DNA of 64,000 bases from Deltaproteobacteria bacterium (lineage in GTDB: Bacteria; JAGRBM01; JAHCIT01): positions 64,235 to 128,234 of the forward strand of contig JAHCIT010000006.1 of assembly GCA_026129095.1 (NCBI GenBank), in the 5' to 3' direction. Under the pieces are notes generated by a model. The model worked only from the letters and a program-made list of their open reading frames with translations. It did not search any database and was not told where the DNA came from. The translations under genes were made by a program, and so were the position numbers. Below are positions 48,388-57,549 of the stretch, in pieces (position 1 is the first letter of the stretch; each line of letters opens with the position of its first letter).

Positions 48388-49015
48388 AATCGCACCGCGG
48401 TGGATATTGGCGATTGGCAGCCTGGCCGCAAAAGGTGTCGGCTGCCCGCAAGCTGTGCCGGTAAGGCTCGTCAACTGGCGCCGGGGTTTCTATGCCCGTG
48501 TCAGCGATCACCATGCGACCGGATTGGGCGCCGTCCCGGCGCCGGGGGCGTCACTCAACGGCGTATTGTTGCCGATCGGGGTTGTCGGCGAGACTATCAA
48601 AGATATCGATGAGCGCGAGGCGGTATCGGACCTTTCCCGCCGCGATCTCAATTCGGTCGATCTCCATCCCTATTCCGGCTTTCAGGTCCCTCGACTCAGA
48701 CCGGGTGAAACAGTCGCGATCTACACCCCGAACAATATCCTGCGGCCGGCACCAGAATATCCAGTCCTTCGGAGTTACATCGATGTCTGCTTCGACGCCT
48801 TCAAGGCATTCGGGAGTGAAAAGGGGGTTGGCGGCAAACTGTTTGCCGAAGATTTCCTACGGACCACCGACCCCGAAAGCTGGAAGCCGATTGCCGATGA
48901 CCGGGCCAGGCCGCTTTACCCGCGCTACGTACTGCTGGACCCGGAAACGCCCAATTACGTCGATGAGCTATTACGGCGGCTAGGATTGCCGGGCCGCCGA
49001 AACCCACCCGACTAA
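48380..49015 (+). CDS. Hypothetical protein; the ORF is listed from 48269, and the internal start MSEIAPRW at 48380 avoids overlap
   Basis: The ORF is 211-248 aa with no recognised motif. Confidence 0.4.
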   Translation: MSEIAPRWILAIGSLAAKGVGCPQAVPVRLVNWRRGFYARVSDHHATGLGAVPAPGASLNGVLLPIGVVGETIKDIDEREAVSDLSRRDLNSVDLHPYSGFQVPRLRPGETVAIYTPNNILRPAPEYPVLRSYIDVCFDAFKAFGSEKGVGGKLFAEDFLRTTDPESWKPIADDRARPLYPRYVLLDPETPNYVDELLRRLGLPGRRNPPD

Positions 49016-49041
49016 GCTATTTTCCCCTGAACCCATGGATT

Positions 49042-49166
49042 GGATGACAATGTTACGCCGTTGCTTGACGCTCTCGCCAAAATCCCCGACAGGCCCGGTC
49101 CCGCTGGGCTTGAGCAGGCGCTTGATGAGGCGGGGTCCTGGTATTGGCTTCCGCAGTTCCGAATGT
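49042..49166. repeat. ~125-bp direct repeat, copy 1; it duplicates the 3' end of ORF 50609-50920
   Basis: The region is about 85% identical to 50800-50924. It encodes the peptide NVTPLLDALAKIPDRPGPAGLEQALDEAGSWYWLPQF, compared with NVAPLLDALAKIPDRSGPAGLEQALDEAGGWYWLPQF in copy 2. Confidence 0.8.
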
Positions 49167-49224
49167 TCGAACTGGGTAAAACGCCAACGCGAGAACATGA
49201 GAAATCCGTGAAGATGCGGTTCAG

Positions 49225-49785
49225 CTATGCCCCGGAGCCGTTTAAGAGGTCAAAATAGGAGACCGGCACGGAGTCCTCGGGGTTCAGTTTTAAGATCCGT
49301 GCGACTTCCTCGAACTCCGCAACGGTGTCAGCGCGATCCTGTCCGGAAATGACGGTTTCAATCTCGACGAAGGTGCCGAGCCCCTCGACGTCATCGAGGT
49401 GAATGCGGGTATTACGGAATAGGAACAGATGGCGTGTTTTCCTGACCGAACCCTTCGTGCCCAAGGCCTGTTCCAGGATTGCCTTGAGGCCTTCCAGCGC
49501 CGTTGAGTGGTAGACGAAATATTCGCTTTCCCGGCCGCCCGGGACGTCCGACCGTCGATAACTAATCAGTTCACCGCGCCCGTCACCAAATTCACGTAGC
49601 TTCAGGCGGGCATGCTCTGCCTGAAAGAACGTGTCGCACTGATGCAGCAGGCCCATATCTCGGGCACCCAGCTTACGAGTCTTTCGTTCAATGGCCGCTA
49701 TGTCACCGTACCGGAACTTCGCTTCGATATTTTTCACTGTCGCCTCGTTCGCGCCATCTTCGAACAATGGCAATTGGCCTTGCAA
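49225..49785 (-). CDS. CYTH-domain protein (class IV adenylate cyclase/CyaB-thiamine triphosphatase family)
   Basis: The ExExK signature is in KNIEAKFRY, followed by FVEIE and acidic clusters typical of the triphosphate tunnel metalloenzyme fold. The ORF is 186 aa. Confidence 0.6.
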   Translation of the reverse strand: MQGQLPLFEDGANEATVKNIEAKFRYGDIAAIERKTRKLGARDMGLLHQCDTFFQAEHARLKLREFGDGRGELISYRRSDVPGGRESEYFVYHSTALEGLKAILEQALGTKGSVRKTRHLFLFRNTRIHLDDVEGLGTFVEIETVISGQDRADTVAEFEEVARILKLNPEDSVPVSYFDLLNGSGA

Positions 49786-49935
49786 TTTATTGTGGAACTG
49801 GTCCGAAAAACTGCTATAATTTCTTTACTTCTCGGGTGCTGTCCGCTGCCATTTGGCAGGGCCCTACCAAACGACTCGGCCTCCAAACCAATGGGCGCCG
49901 GGTCGTTCCATTAGAATTATCAACGATTTTGAAAC

Positions 49936-50505
49936 ATGAATGTCTATTTGGTCCGGCATGGTCAAACTCAACCAAACATCGATGGTCCGACGGGCGTCGT
50001 GCAGGGGCAGCTCGACACTGACCTTAACAATGCAGGCGAAAATCAGGCGACTCAGCTTGCGAAGGAGTTGGAGAAAATCTCTTGGGAAGCTGTGTACAGC
50101 TCTACGTTAAAACGAGCGATTCGGACGGCAGAGATTTTGGTTCGCGGCCGGCACCCGGTTCTCCAGGTCGCCGGTCTTAACGAACGGCACTGTGGCGACT
50201 GGCAGGGTCGAAAGCGTTCTGATCTTGCTTGCGAGCTGGGATACTCGGACCTGATTGCATTCTGGAAAGCGCTCGGGCCTCATTTCGCTCCACCTAGAGG
50301 GGAAACATTCGATCAGATGGTAAGCCGGTCCGTAGCGACCTTTGAGCAGATCATCTCGGGCCACCCAAGAGATTCGAATGTCCTGCTGGTATCGCACGGT
50401 GGGCCGATTCGGGCGATAACCGGTCACCTCAGCGGGCTGTCGATAGAAGAGGTCTGGCAAATGCGTGGGCCCGAAAATTGCGAGGTCATACGAGTCGCAG
50501 TGTGA
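49936..50505 (+). CDS. Histidine phosphatase (phosphoglycerate mutase family) protein
   Basis: The N-terminal motif is VYLVRHGQT (RHG), with a conserved His in VSHGGPIRA. The ORF is 189 aa and lower in GC. Confidence 0.7.
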   Translation: MNVYLVRHGQTQPNIDGPTGVVQGQLDTDLNNAGENQATQLAKELEKISWEAVYSSTLKRAIRTAEILVRGRHPVLQVAGLNERHCGDWQGRKRSDLACELGYSDLIAFWKALGPHFAPPRGETFDQMVSRSVATFEQIISGHPRDSNVLLVSHGGPIRAITGHLSGLSIEEVWQMRGPENCEVIRVAV

Positions 50506-50608
50506 ATCGTAAGGTGATTGAATTGGATTAGCCGGAGGCGACTGAAACGAATTTGTCTGGAGCAGACTTTGAAGAGCATCTCGCTTCCATGATGGCATCG
50601 GAATTGCT

Positions 50609-50920
50609 TTGATTTCACCGAAGGGGGTTGCAACCGTGGCCGACAACTATCCGGAACTGATTGGCCGCCTTCATTCCGAACTGAAGCGGATCGGATGTAT
50701 GAGCTGGCAAGCGGACTCGGGAGACTACACGGTCTATGAAGTTTGCCGGTCGCCTCAGGACGGTTGCGACACTCGTCTGAAGACTTACACTCAGGTCTTG
50801 GACGGTAACGTCGCGCCGTTGCTCGATGCTCTCGCCAAGATCCCCGACAGGTCCGGTCCTGCTGGACTTGAGCAGGCGCTCGACGAAGCAGGGGGCTGGT
50901 ATTGGCTTCCTCAGTTCTGA
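50609..50920 (+). CDS. Hypothetical protein whose C-terminal 40 aa are duplicated at 49042-49166
   Basis: A 103-aa ORF ending at the WYWLPQF motif at the repeat boundary. Confidence 0.4.
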   Translation: MISPKGVATVADNYPELIGRLHSELKRIGCMSWQADSGDYTVYEVCRSPQDGCDTRLKTYTQVLDGNVAPLLDALAKIPDRSGPAGLEQALDEAGGWYWLPQF

Positions 50921-50924
50921 ATGT
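50800..50924. repeat. ~125-bp direct repeat, copy 2
   Basis: See 49042-49166. Confidence 0.8.
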
Positions 50925-51765
50925 CCGGATTGAGTAATAATCTTATGCGTGAAGTTTCGGATAGCGGCGAACTTGAGCCCATCGTACGGTGGGTAACGCA
51001 GTTCGTTGCCGAACGGGAAATTACATTCGCTGAACTGGACGAGGTCGGCTGTCCGCCGGTAGCTGCACTCGCCTATGTTTCATTTCTGATGACGGGTTCG
51101 ATATCGATCCTACGGCAGGATCTGGACGACGAACAGGCTCTTGCGGCGGTGAGAGAAGTGGGGGGCGTCTACATTCGACGGACCTCTCGGCGATCGGCTG
51201 TTTAAACTACAGGACGGTCCGCGAGAACCCCGTTTTGGCGAGGACCTGGAAACGACGCGGCGTTTCGGGAAAAGTGCGAGGGTTCGCCCGTAGAGGAATC
51301 TGCCGAAATCTTCACGGTGATCCTTTCGGACCCGGATGGTTACTCGCTCCCGCGCGGAGAATCATTTTCAGCGCTCGCTGAGGTCGGAGAAAGATTCTTT
51401 GTTGGAATGAAGGCAGCGGTCGCAACCGGCAGGCGGCACTAAACCAGTTAATTTCGTTTGTCTCTGCCACCCGCCGAGCAAGGCGAAAAAATATTCGTTC
51501 CCTCAATATGCGTCAGAAATGTACGACGGGCCGTTCGCTTAATGGCTTGATTTTTGATGGGGGGGGGTATCGTCCCGATCTGACGAAAGTAATTCGGAGG
51601 ATCGGGCATGCGTTCGCACAACCTGGTGGTCGCTGGCGATTGTGCCATTGGAGGCGAGGCTTTGGATTGGCACTGACGGAGCTTCAAGCACCTGTCGGCG
51701 AGTAATAGACTAGAGGCGGCATCCGTTGGTTCAGGTGCCGGGGTTATGGCTGAGAGCGCCCCGTT

Positions 51766-52902
51766 TTAAGGCAGTTCCGGCTCGATAATAAAAGAAAGCG
51801 CTTCGTTCTTGACGTAGGCGGCATCGGCGCAAGCAAACAGTCCGGTCCAGGGCCGTCTGGTGACGAGTTTCCCATTGGTGCGGATCTCAAACCAATCGGC
51901 AAACGGCTGCCTGCGTCCGCCGATGTTTACGGCCAGAGGTTTCTTGACGGATGCGTTCATGGCAATTCCGAGGGCGGTCCCTTTAGGAACTCTTTTCAGG
52001 TTCGCCAGTCGGTCAATATCCGCCCGGAAAATAACGTCCGCGTTCGGATCTGGAGCGAAGGCAAAACGGACCCCGTTACGGACACGGATACTGCCAGTAA
52101 CCCGGTAAAGTGTGGGGTTCTTAGGCTCAGCGCGTTCTTTCGATGGCCTCGCGGACGCATGAGGAAAAGACCCGGAAAGCGATTTCCGGATCAGGCGAGA
52201 GCCGAACTGGATCCCTGCGGGATCATCGAAAAGACCAAGTTCGACCGTAAGGGACGGAACGCCGAGAGCGGGGCCCAGATCTCCACCCAGCGTCCCCCTT
52301 AAGTCTGTCTGGATCACCGGACATCCGATGAACCGGGCGAGAGCAAGTGTATCCGGGTCATGGCTGCGAATGATGGACACGACCGGATGCTGTCCCTCGC
52401 AGGCGTGCAGGTCGATCACGAATTGGGGTTTTACTGAACGAAGATAGCCTCGTACTCGAACCACTGCCGGCGACTGGCTGTTCCAGATCCGGTTTGGGTC
52501 AGGGACACCCCGGGTACCTCGCCTCAGGTTCCAGGCGTTGAAGACCATGAGCAACAGCGGTCGCCTTTGATTGCCACCGGTCATCTTGGCCATGGCGTTT
52601 CGGATTGCTTCCCAGCCATTCCGTTCGTTTCCATGAAGTCCCACGGATACAAACAGAGGCCGTTCATTGGTTGCGGTAAGATTTGGCGGCTGTACCCAGA
52701 CCAGTAACGGCTGCTTTTTGCCACGACAGAACTTCCAGAGTTGCCTTGATGGGGTGGACCAGAACCGGGGTGGTGGTTCGGAGTAAATGACGAGCCCCGG
52801 AAAATGGCTCCACGGACCTTCCCGTGCCGGCACTGGAGTGGTGTTCCGCTTCACAGCATCAAACTTAGTTCCGGGTTCAAATGGCCACAAATGGCCTTCC
52901 AA
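51766..52902 (-). CDS. Succinylglutamate desuccinylase/aspartoacylase (M14-like zinc hydrolase) family protein
   Basis: SVGLHGNERNGWEAI is the zinc-binding HxxE region, and a downstream HACEG-like His is present. The ORF is 378 aa. Confidence 0.5.
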   Translation of the reverse strand: MEGHLWPFEPGTKFDAVKRNTTPVPAREGPWSHFPGLVIYSEPPPRFWSTPSRQLWKFCRGKKQPLLVWVQPPNLTATNERPLFVSVGLHGNERNGWEAIRNAMAKMTGGNQRRPLLLMVFNAWNLRRGTRGVPDPNRIWNSQSPAVVRVRGYLRSVKPQFVIDLHACEGQHPVVSIIRSHDPDTLALARFIGCPVIQTDLRGTLGGDLGPALGVPSLTVELGLFDDPAGIQFGSRLIRKSLSGSFPHASARPSKERAEPKNPTLYRVTGSIRVRNGVRFAFAPDPNADVIFRADIDRLANLKRVPKGTALGIAMNASVKKPLAVNIGGRRQPFADWFEIRTNGKLVTRRPWTGLFACADAAYVKNEALSFIIEPELP

Positions 52903-53326
52903 CTGAAAAGGCCGACCACCTGGATGGCTGTATTCTGGCCACTTCGCAGGTCTGTCTCACGGGTCGCCCCCGGCGTCCCCGTTCGTCGCACGCGGTTAAC
53001 CAGTGGCGGCGTCTCCGGTCCCATGAGTCCTTCATGTGCCGTGTAGCGGTGCTGTAGGCGCTGGTTCACGGACTGGCGTGGCGCACTAGGTGCATGGCCA
53101 CCACGGAGGCGGTTTGAGGGAAGGCAGTGAGGTTCTCAAGTCGGTAACCGGTTGAACGTCGCCGGTCTGAGCCTGTCAACCTTCTGATTCATCAAGATCT
53201 GACGTATAAACCGGCTGGGTCGGCTCGCTGCATCGATGTTCCACTTCCGGTCCGGACCAGTGGAACCTTAAAAGAACGCAAATGCACGAATTTAGCCTGA
53301 GCCCGCCACGACACAGCCAGCGAAAC

Positions 53327-53438
53327 GGGGTAGGGCCACCTGTAATTCAGGGTAGGACCACCTGCTGAGCGAGGTAGGAGAGCCTGTACTTTGAGGTAGG
53401 ACTGCCTGCGGAACAGGGTAGGGGTGCCTGAGCAAAAG
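53327..53438. repeat. Five tandem ~22-bp iteron-like repeats with core GGTAGGnnnnCCTG
   Basis: The units are ggggtagggccacctgtaattca, gggtaggaccacctgctgagcga, ggtaggagagcctgtactttga, ggtaggactgcctgcggaacag and ggtaggggtgcctgagcaaaag. They are bracketed by atgcacgaat at 53282 and 53447 and lie in an ~850-bp non-coding stretch. Confidence 0.7.
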
Positions 53439-53759
53439 GACGAACATGCACGAATCAGGTGTGCGTCAATGACTGGCCTCAATGAAGGAACCGTCAATAT
53501 ACCGTCGTTTTGAGGCCCGTACCCGCGCGGGTTTAACTTCTGGTCGCGTCATGGCTGAAGTTCCGGCGATTGTCGGATGTCACAGATAGACACCGATGCT
53601 CCCGGGATTATCCGCGACTATTGGTAGTTACATTTGGAGTCTGCCCGGATAATCGTCTGAAGCCCGGCGCAATCGCCTGCCTCGCCCGGTGCCGTATCTT
53701 TTTAGATAAAATAAATTGAACTAAAAAGAATGGCGTGATAAACGGTTAGTGGAGGTCAG

Positions 53760-54242
53760 ATGACTAAACCGTTCCCCAAGCCGCCGGACACCATCGATAG
53801 CGAAGCCGCTGCCGAGCGTACTGGCATCTCGTACCCGCGTCTCATGCGGTTCCTGCGGAATGGATACGTCAAGCCTCAGGGCTATACGGGGAAGCCCCGT
53901 TCACCCGCCTGGTGGACCGACGATGACATGCACAGGGCCGAGATCGCCGACATGCTGCTGGAACTGCGGGTGGACCCGGCGGATATCCCCGGCGTCATTA
54001 GCAAGTACTGGGGGTTCTGGTCGGCGGGGTATCTCCCGATGTGGGCGTACGAGATGCGTCACCCGAAAACGGGCAAGCCGTACATGGGCTACATCGCCGT
54101 CTATCACGAAGACGGAGCCCGGCTCACCGGTAAAGAAAAAACGATCGAAGCCAACGGCACGAAGGGCTACCAGATGCAAGTCTATGCATTGCCATATGAA
54201 TGGTCCCGCAAGCTGGTACCCTTAAAGAAGAGACGGGGCTGA
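53760..54242 (+). CDS. Hypothetical protein upstream of xis/int
   Basis: A 160-aa ORF with no recognised motif. Confidence 0.45.
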   Translation: MTKPFPKPPDTIDSEAAAERTGISYPRLMRFLRNGYVKPQGYTGKPRSPAWWTDDDMHRAEIADMLLELRVDPADIPGVISKYWGFWSAGYLPMWAYEMRHPKTGKPYMGYIAVYHEDGARLTGKEKTIEANGTKGYQMQVYALPYEWSRKLVPLKKRRG

Positions 54243-54243
54243 A

Positions 54244-54615
54244 ATGAATCCGGGCACACTGACGCTGGCCGATCTCCTGCAATCCCCGGAACGGATTGCG
54301 GACCTGCCGGTTGAATCGGTGCCGTCCTTTCTGGCTCAGCTGACCACGCTGCAATCCGGTCTGTATGCGAGGCTGCTGCTGCACCCGGCAAGACCACCGG
54401 TAGAGGCCGAGACGAATGAAGACGACCGGTGGCTGACTGCCGAAGAGGCGGCTCCGCTCCTCGGCGTGACGCCCCGGTGGCTCTATACTCGCTGGAGGCA
54501 GCTCCCGTTTTCCAGAAAGCTTTCCCACAAGGTGCTGCGCTTTTCGGAGAAGGGCATTCGCCGGTATCTGGCGGGAAAGGCCGGGAGACCGGTCGCTGTT
54601 GAGGTGAACCGGTGA
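54244..54615 (+). CDS. xis: Excisionase/AlpA-like HTH DNA-binding protein
   Basis: EEAAPLLGVTPRWLYTRWRQLPFSRKL...VLRFSEKGIRRYL is a helix-turn-helix of the excisionase type. It sits immediately upstream of, and overlaps, the integrase. Confidence 0.55.
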   Translation: MNPGTLTLADLLQSPERIADLPVESVPSFLAQLTTLQSGLYARLLLHPARPPVEAETNEDDRWLTAEEAAPLLGVTPRWLYTRWRQLPFSRKLSHKVLRFSEKGIRRYLAGKAGRPVAVEVNR

Positions 54616-56387
54616 GCGAACGCGGGATGGGGTCGGTGTACCGCCGGGGTAAAATCTGGTGGATTAAGTATCACTTCCGGGGGAAACCGTTCCGGGAGTC
54701 GTCGAAGTCGCCTGTTCGTAATGACGCCGTGAAGCTGCTTCGCAAACGTCAGGCGGACATGGGCAGGGGCCGGTTTGCTGGGCCGGACCCGGAACGAACC
54801 GTTCTCGGCGATCTCGCCCGGATGATGATCGATGATTACGAGGTGAACGGGCGAAAGTCGTTGAAGCGCGCCAAACTGAGCCAGGCCCATTTACTCGATT
54901 TCTTCGGCAACGCCCGAATCATCGATATCACCCCGGACACGGTCAAGGCCTATATCGCGCACCGGCTGCGGGAGAAGGCGGCGCATCAGACCGTCAAGAC
55001 CGAACTCGTTACTCTTAAGCGGATGTTCCGTCTGGGCGAACAGGTCGGCCGCGTTGATAAAATCCCATATATCCCGACCATCAAGGTCGAAAATATCCGG
55101 CAGGGTTTCTTCAGCGACGCCGAATTTCGCGCGATCTGTTCAAACCTGTCCGACGACATTCAGCCGCTTGCGAAGTTCGCGTACCTGACCGGGTGGCGGC
55201 GCGGAGAAGTTCTGACGCTCACCTGGCGGCAGGTGGATTTCGACGCCGGGATTATCCGTCTCGAACCCGGCACGACCAAGAACAAGGAAGGCCGGATATT
55301 TCCGTTCTCGGTGTTGCCCGAGCTTTGCGACCTCATGGTTGAGCAACGGCAGCGTACCGACGCGATTGAGCATGAACTCGGCAGGATCATTCCTTGGGTG
55401 TTCCACCGTAGAGGGAAACCGGTCAAATATTTCTGCTCCGCATGGTATAACGCGGGCAAAAAGGCGGGGGTGCCGGGGAAGCTTTTCCATGATTTCCGCC
55501 GGACAGCCGTGCGCAGGATGGAGAGGGCCGGCGTTCCTCGAAGCGTCGCCATGAAGCTGATCGGTCACAAGACCGAAAGTATTTACAGGCGATACGCGAT
55601 TGTGGACGAGGGCGACCTGGCAGCCGGAGTGGAAAAACTGGCGGTGCTCAGGGAAAAAGAAGCCAAACAGCCCCGCACGGTAGTGCCGATGGCCCCGGCG
55701 CGTCTGGCGGGGTCGGATCTGGGTTTGGGCACAATTTGGGCACAAAAGCCGGAAAAGATGAGGGAAAACCCGGCCCGCCGTGTCTGGAGTGACCGCGCAC
55801 TCCGGCGATATTGTTCAGGGATTTATGGTGCCCCCGGACGGAATCGAACCGTCACGGCCGTGAAGCCAGCGGTTTTTGAGACCGCCCTGTCTACCAGTTC
55901 CAGCACGGGGGCATGGCGGGAAAAGACGCCGGTATGGAGCACGGCGCCGCACCCGGAGTCAACGATAGCCGGCAACAATGGCGGGAGCCGCCATGTGTCA
56001 GGCCCGCTCTCGGGCGATATCGGCCGGGGTGGACGGCAAGGGCTCGGCTTTCGTGTACCACCAGGCCCACAGGATGAAGATCGCCTGGAATGGCAGGCGT
56101 GCCCAGCGCTGGAGAGGCTCGGGCTGGTTCATCCATTCCGGCAGGCCCTCAAGCTGGACATTGCTCGTCGCCATGTAGATATTGGCCGGGAACACGGCGA
56201 CCAGCAGTGCGATGATTCCCCAGGCCGAGAGCTGCGAGTAGCGGGGGAACAGCACTCCGGCGCCGAGAACGATCTCCGCCACCCCGCTCAGATAGACCAG
56301 TTCCAGGTGCCAGGGCAGCCAGGGCGGCATGATCTGGACGTAGAACTGCGGCACGACGAAGTGCATCACTCCCGCGAAGATGTATAG
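54612..56387 (+). CDS. int: Tyrosine-type site-specific recombinase (phage integrase family); the catalytic domain lies within ~54612-55700 and the in-frame read-through to 56387 is doubtful
   Basis: The N-terminal SAM-like domain has IWWIKYHFRGKPFRES. The catalytic residues are R (LTGWRRGE), the HDFRRTAVRRMERAGV box and Tyr in ESIYRRYA. There is no in-frame stop before 56387, so the ORF overlaps tRNA-Leu and DoxX on the opposite strand. Confidence 0.75.
   Translation: MSERGMGSVYRRGKIWWIKYHFRGKPFRESSKSPVRNDAVKLLRKRQADMGRGRFAGPDPERTVLGDLARMMIDDYEVNGRKSLKRAKLSQAHLLDFFGNARIIDITPDTVKAYIAHRLREKAAHQTVKTELVTLKRMFRLGEQVGRVDKIPYIPTIKVENIRQGFFSDAEFRAICSNLSDDIQPLAKFAYLTGWRRGEVLTLTWRQVDFDAGIIRLEPGTTKNKEGRIFPFSVLPELCDLMVEQRQRTDAIEHELGRIIPWVFHRRGKPVKYFCSAWYNAGKKAGVPGKLFHDFRRTAVRRMERAGVPRSVAMKLIGHKTESIYRRYAIVDEGDLAAGVEKLAVLREKEAKQPRTVVPMAPARLAGSDLGLGTIWAQKPEKMRENPARRVWSDRALRRYCSGIYGAPGRNRTVTAVKPAVFETALSTSSSTGAWREKTPVWSTAPHPESTIAGNNGGSRHVSGPLSGDIGRGGRQGLGFRVPPGPQDEDRLEWQACPALERLGLVHPFRQALKLDIARRHVDIGREHGDQQCDDSPGRELRVAGEQHSGAENDLRHPAQIDQFQVPGQPGRHDLDVELRHDEVHHSREDV
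55826..55912 (-). tRNA. tRNA-Leu (anticodon CAA), type II with long variable arm
   Basis: The reverse-complement sequence is GCCCCCGTGCTGGAACTGGTAGACAGGGCGGTCTCAAAAACCGCTGGCTTCACGGCCGTGACGGTTCGATTCCGTCCGGGGGCACCA. It has a 7-bp acceptor stem, the anticodon loop CTCAAAA, the T-loop GGTTCGATTCC and a CCA end. Confidence 0.85.
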
Positions 56388-56435
56388 CGCCCCCATGACG
56401 TACCGGAGCGGTGTCTTGAAACGGCTGATGTTCAT
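55998..56435 (-). CDS. DoxX-family membrane protein
   Basis: A 145-aa protein with four predicted TM helices (YVMGALYIFAGVMHF, LVYLSGVAEIVLGAGVLF). Confidence 0.55.
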   Translation of the reverse strand: MNISRFKTPLRYVMGALYIFAGVMHFVVPQFYVQIMPPWLPWHLELVYLSGVAEIVLGAGVLFPRYSQLSAWGIIALLVAVFPANIYMATSNVQLEGLPEWMNQPEPLQRWARLPFQAIFILWAWWYTKAEPLPSTPADIARERA

Positions 56436-56538
56436 GGCAATCCCCCTGACTCCCCTGTGACAGCCGTATCATTGCCCGCCGTTCCGTTTCAGTCTAGGGA
56501 TTTGGCGGACTGCCCTGACGACGAAAGGATGACCCGGG

Positions 56539-57381
56539 ATGAGTGAACTGGCCAAATGGTACCGCACGTTCTGCCTTTACGGGGAACTGGCAGTGATGAC
56601 GCCCGTCATGGGCGTCGGATCGGTACTGTTCGGCACGCTGGACAGGCTGGGGCTGAAACCCGAAGACCCGCACTTTTTCGGCAACTACCCGACCTACGGC
56701 TACTGCAATACTAACTTCTGGGCAGCGAACACGACCCACGAATTCATGGGCAAGAGGCCCGAAAAGCGTTCTCCCTACATCATCATGGCCAATCACCGCT
56801 CGCACCTGGACGGCCCCGCCATGCTGCTGGAACTGAAACCCATCACGTTCCGGTTCCTCGTCAAGCAGGAACTGCTGTACGTGCCGTTCATGGGACAGGC
56901 GTTCTGGGCCCTGGGTTTCATCTTCGTGAAACGGGGCAACAAGGAGTCGGCTGCCCAGTCGGCGGCCGAGGTGATCCAGAGGATCAAGGGCGGGGAAAAC
57001 ATCGTCGTCTTCCCTGAAGGAACGCGCTCGCGCACCGGCAAGATGCTGCCGTTCAAGAAGGGCGGTTTTCTCATGGCGATAGAGGGCGGAGTACCGATCC
57101 TGCCGGTGGGGATAGCAGGCTCGTCGCAAATGTACGGCTACGGATTCAGGGTTCGCGCAAACCGCGGGCATATCGTCGTCAACTGCGGAGAACCGATCGA
57201 CACCACCGGCTACACCATCGATCGCGTGGATGAGCTGGTCAGGAAGGTCCGGGACCGGATTCGGGAGCTGGAACTGGAAGCACATATCGCCTGGCAGTCC
57301 CGTGCGAGAGAGATGAAGCTCCCCGTCCCTGAAGATATCATCCAGCGGATGCCTGGCGATTTCGCAGCAGAATCGGCCTGA
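56539..57381 (+). CDS. plsC: 1-acyl-sn-glycerol-3-phosphate acyltransferase (PlsC family)
   Basis: The NHRSHLDG motif (H-x4-D) and FPEGTRSRTG are present. Confidence 0.75.
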   Translation: MSELAKWYRTFCLYGELAVMTPVMGVGSVLFGTLDRLGLKPEDPHFFGNYPTYGYCNTNFWAANTTHEFMGKRPEKRSPYIIMANHRSHLDGPAMLLELKPITFRFLVKQELLYVPFMGQAFWALGFIFVKRGNKESAAQSAAEVIQRIKGGENIVVFPEGTRSRTGKMLPFKKGGFLMAIEGGVPILPVGIAGSSQMYGYGFRVRANRGHIVVNCGEPIDTTGYTIDRVDELVRKVRDRIRELELEAHIAWQSRAREMKLPVPEDIIQRMPGDFAAESA

Positions 57382-57549
57382 TTTTCCTGTTCGGAAACCG
57401 AACCGCTACCGAAGCGGACGATTGCCCCAAGTCACGGCTGGAAGCGGAAGAGCCCAAGCCAACTCTCTGATTTCATTTCGGTTTTTACCTTTTCCTCCTG
57501 GCATTGAAGCCAATCTGAAACCGGGCACCCAGTTTGCTCCTGTCAGGCC

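Larger units (their letters stand above)
27025..55912. mobile_element. tRNA-Leu-integrated genomic island (~28.9 kb) carrying xis/int, a composite Type I RM operon and several accessory modules
   Basis: Direct repeats of the tRNA 3' end flank the region. Tyrosine integrase and excisionase genes abut the intact tRNA. GC content is mosaic and a defence-gene cargo is present. Confidence 0.8.

Noticed and set aside
53327-53438. Possibility that the tandem repeats are a CRISPR array
   Set aside because: The period is 22 bp with no unique spacers between units, there are only five degenerate copies, and there are no cas genes. It was classed as iterons instead.
55913-56387. C-terminal 160 codons of the integrase ORF as a real protein domain
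   Set aside because: The sequence is low-complexity and overlaps tRNA-Leu and the DoxX gene on the other strand. It is likely read-through of a lost or missed stop.
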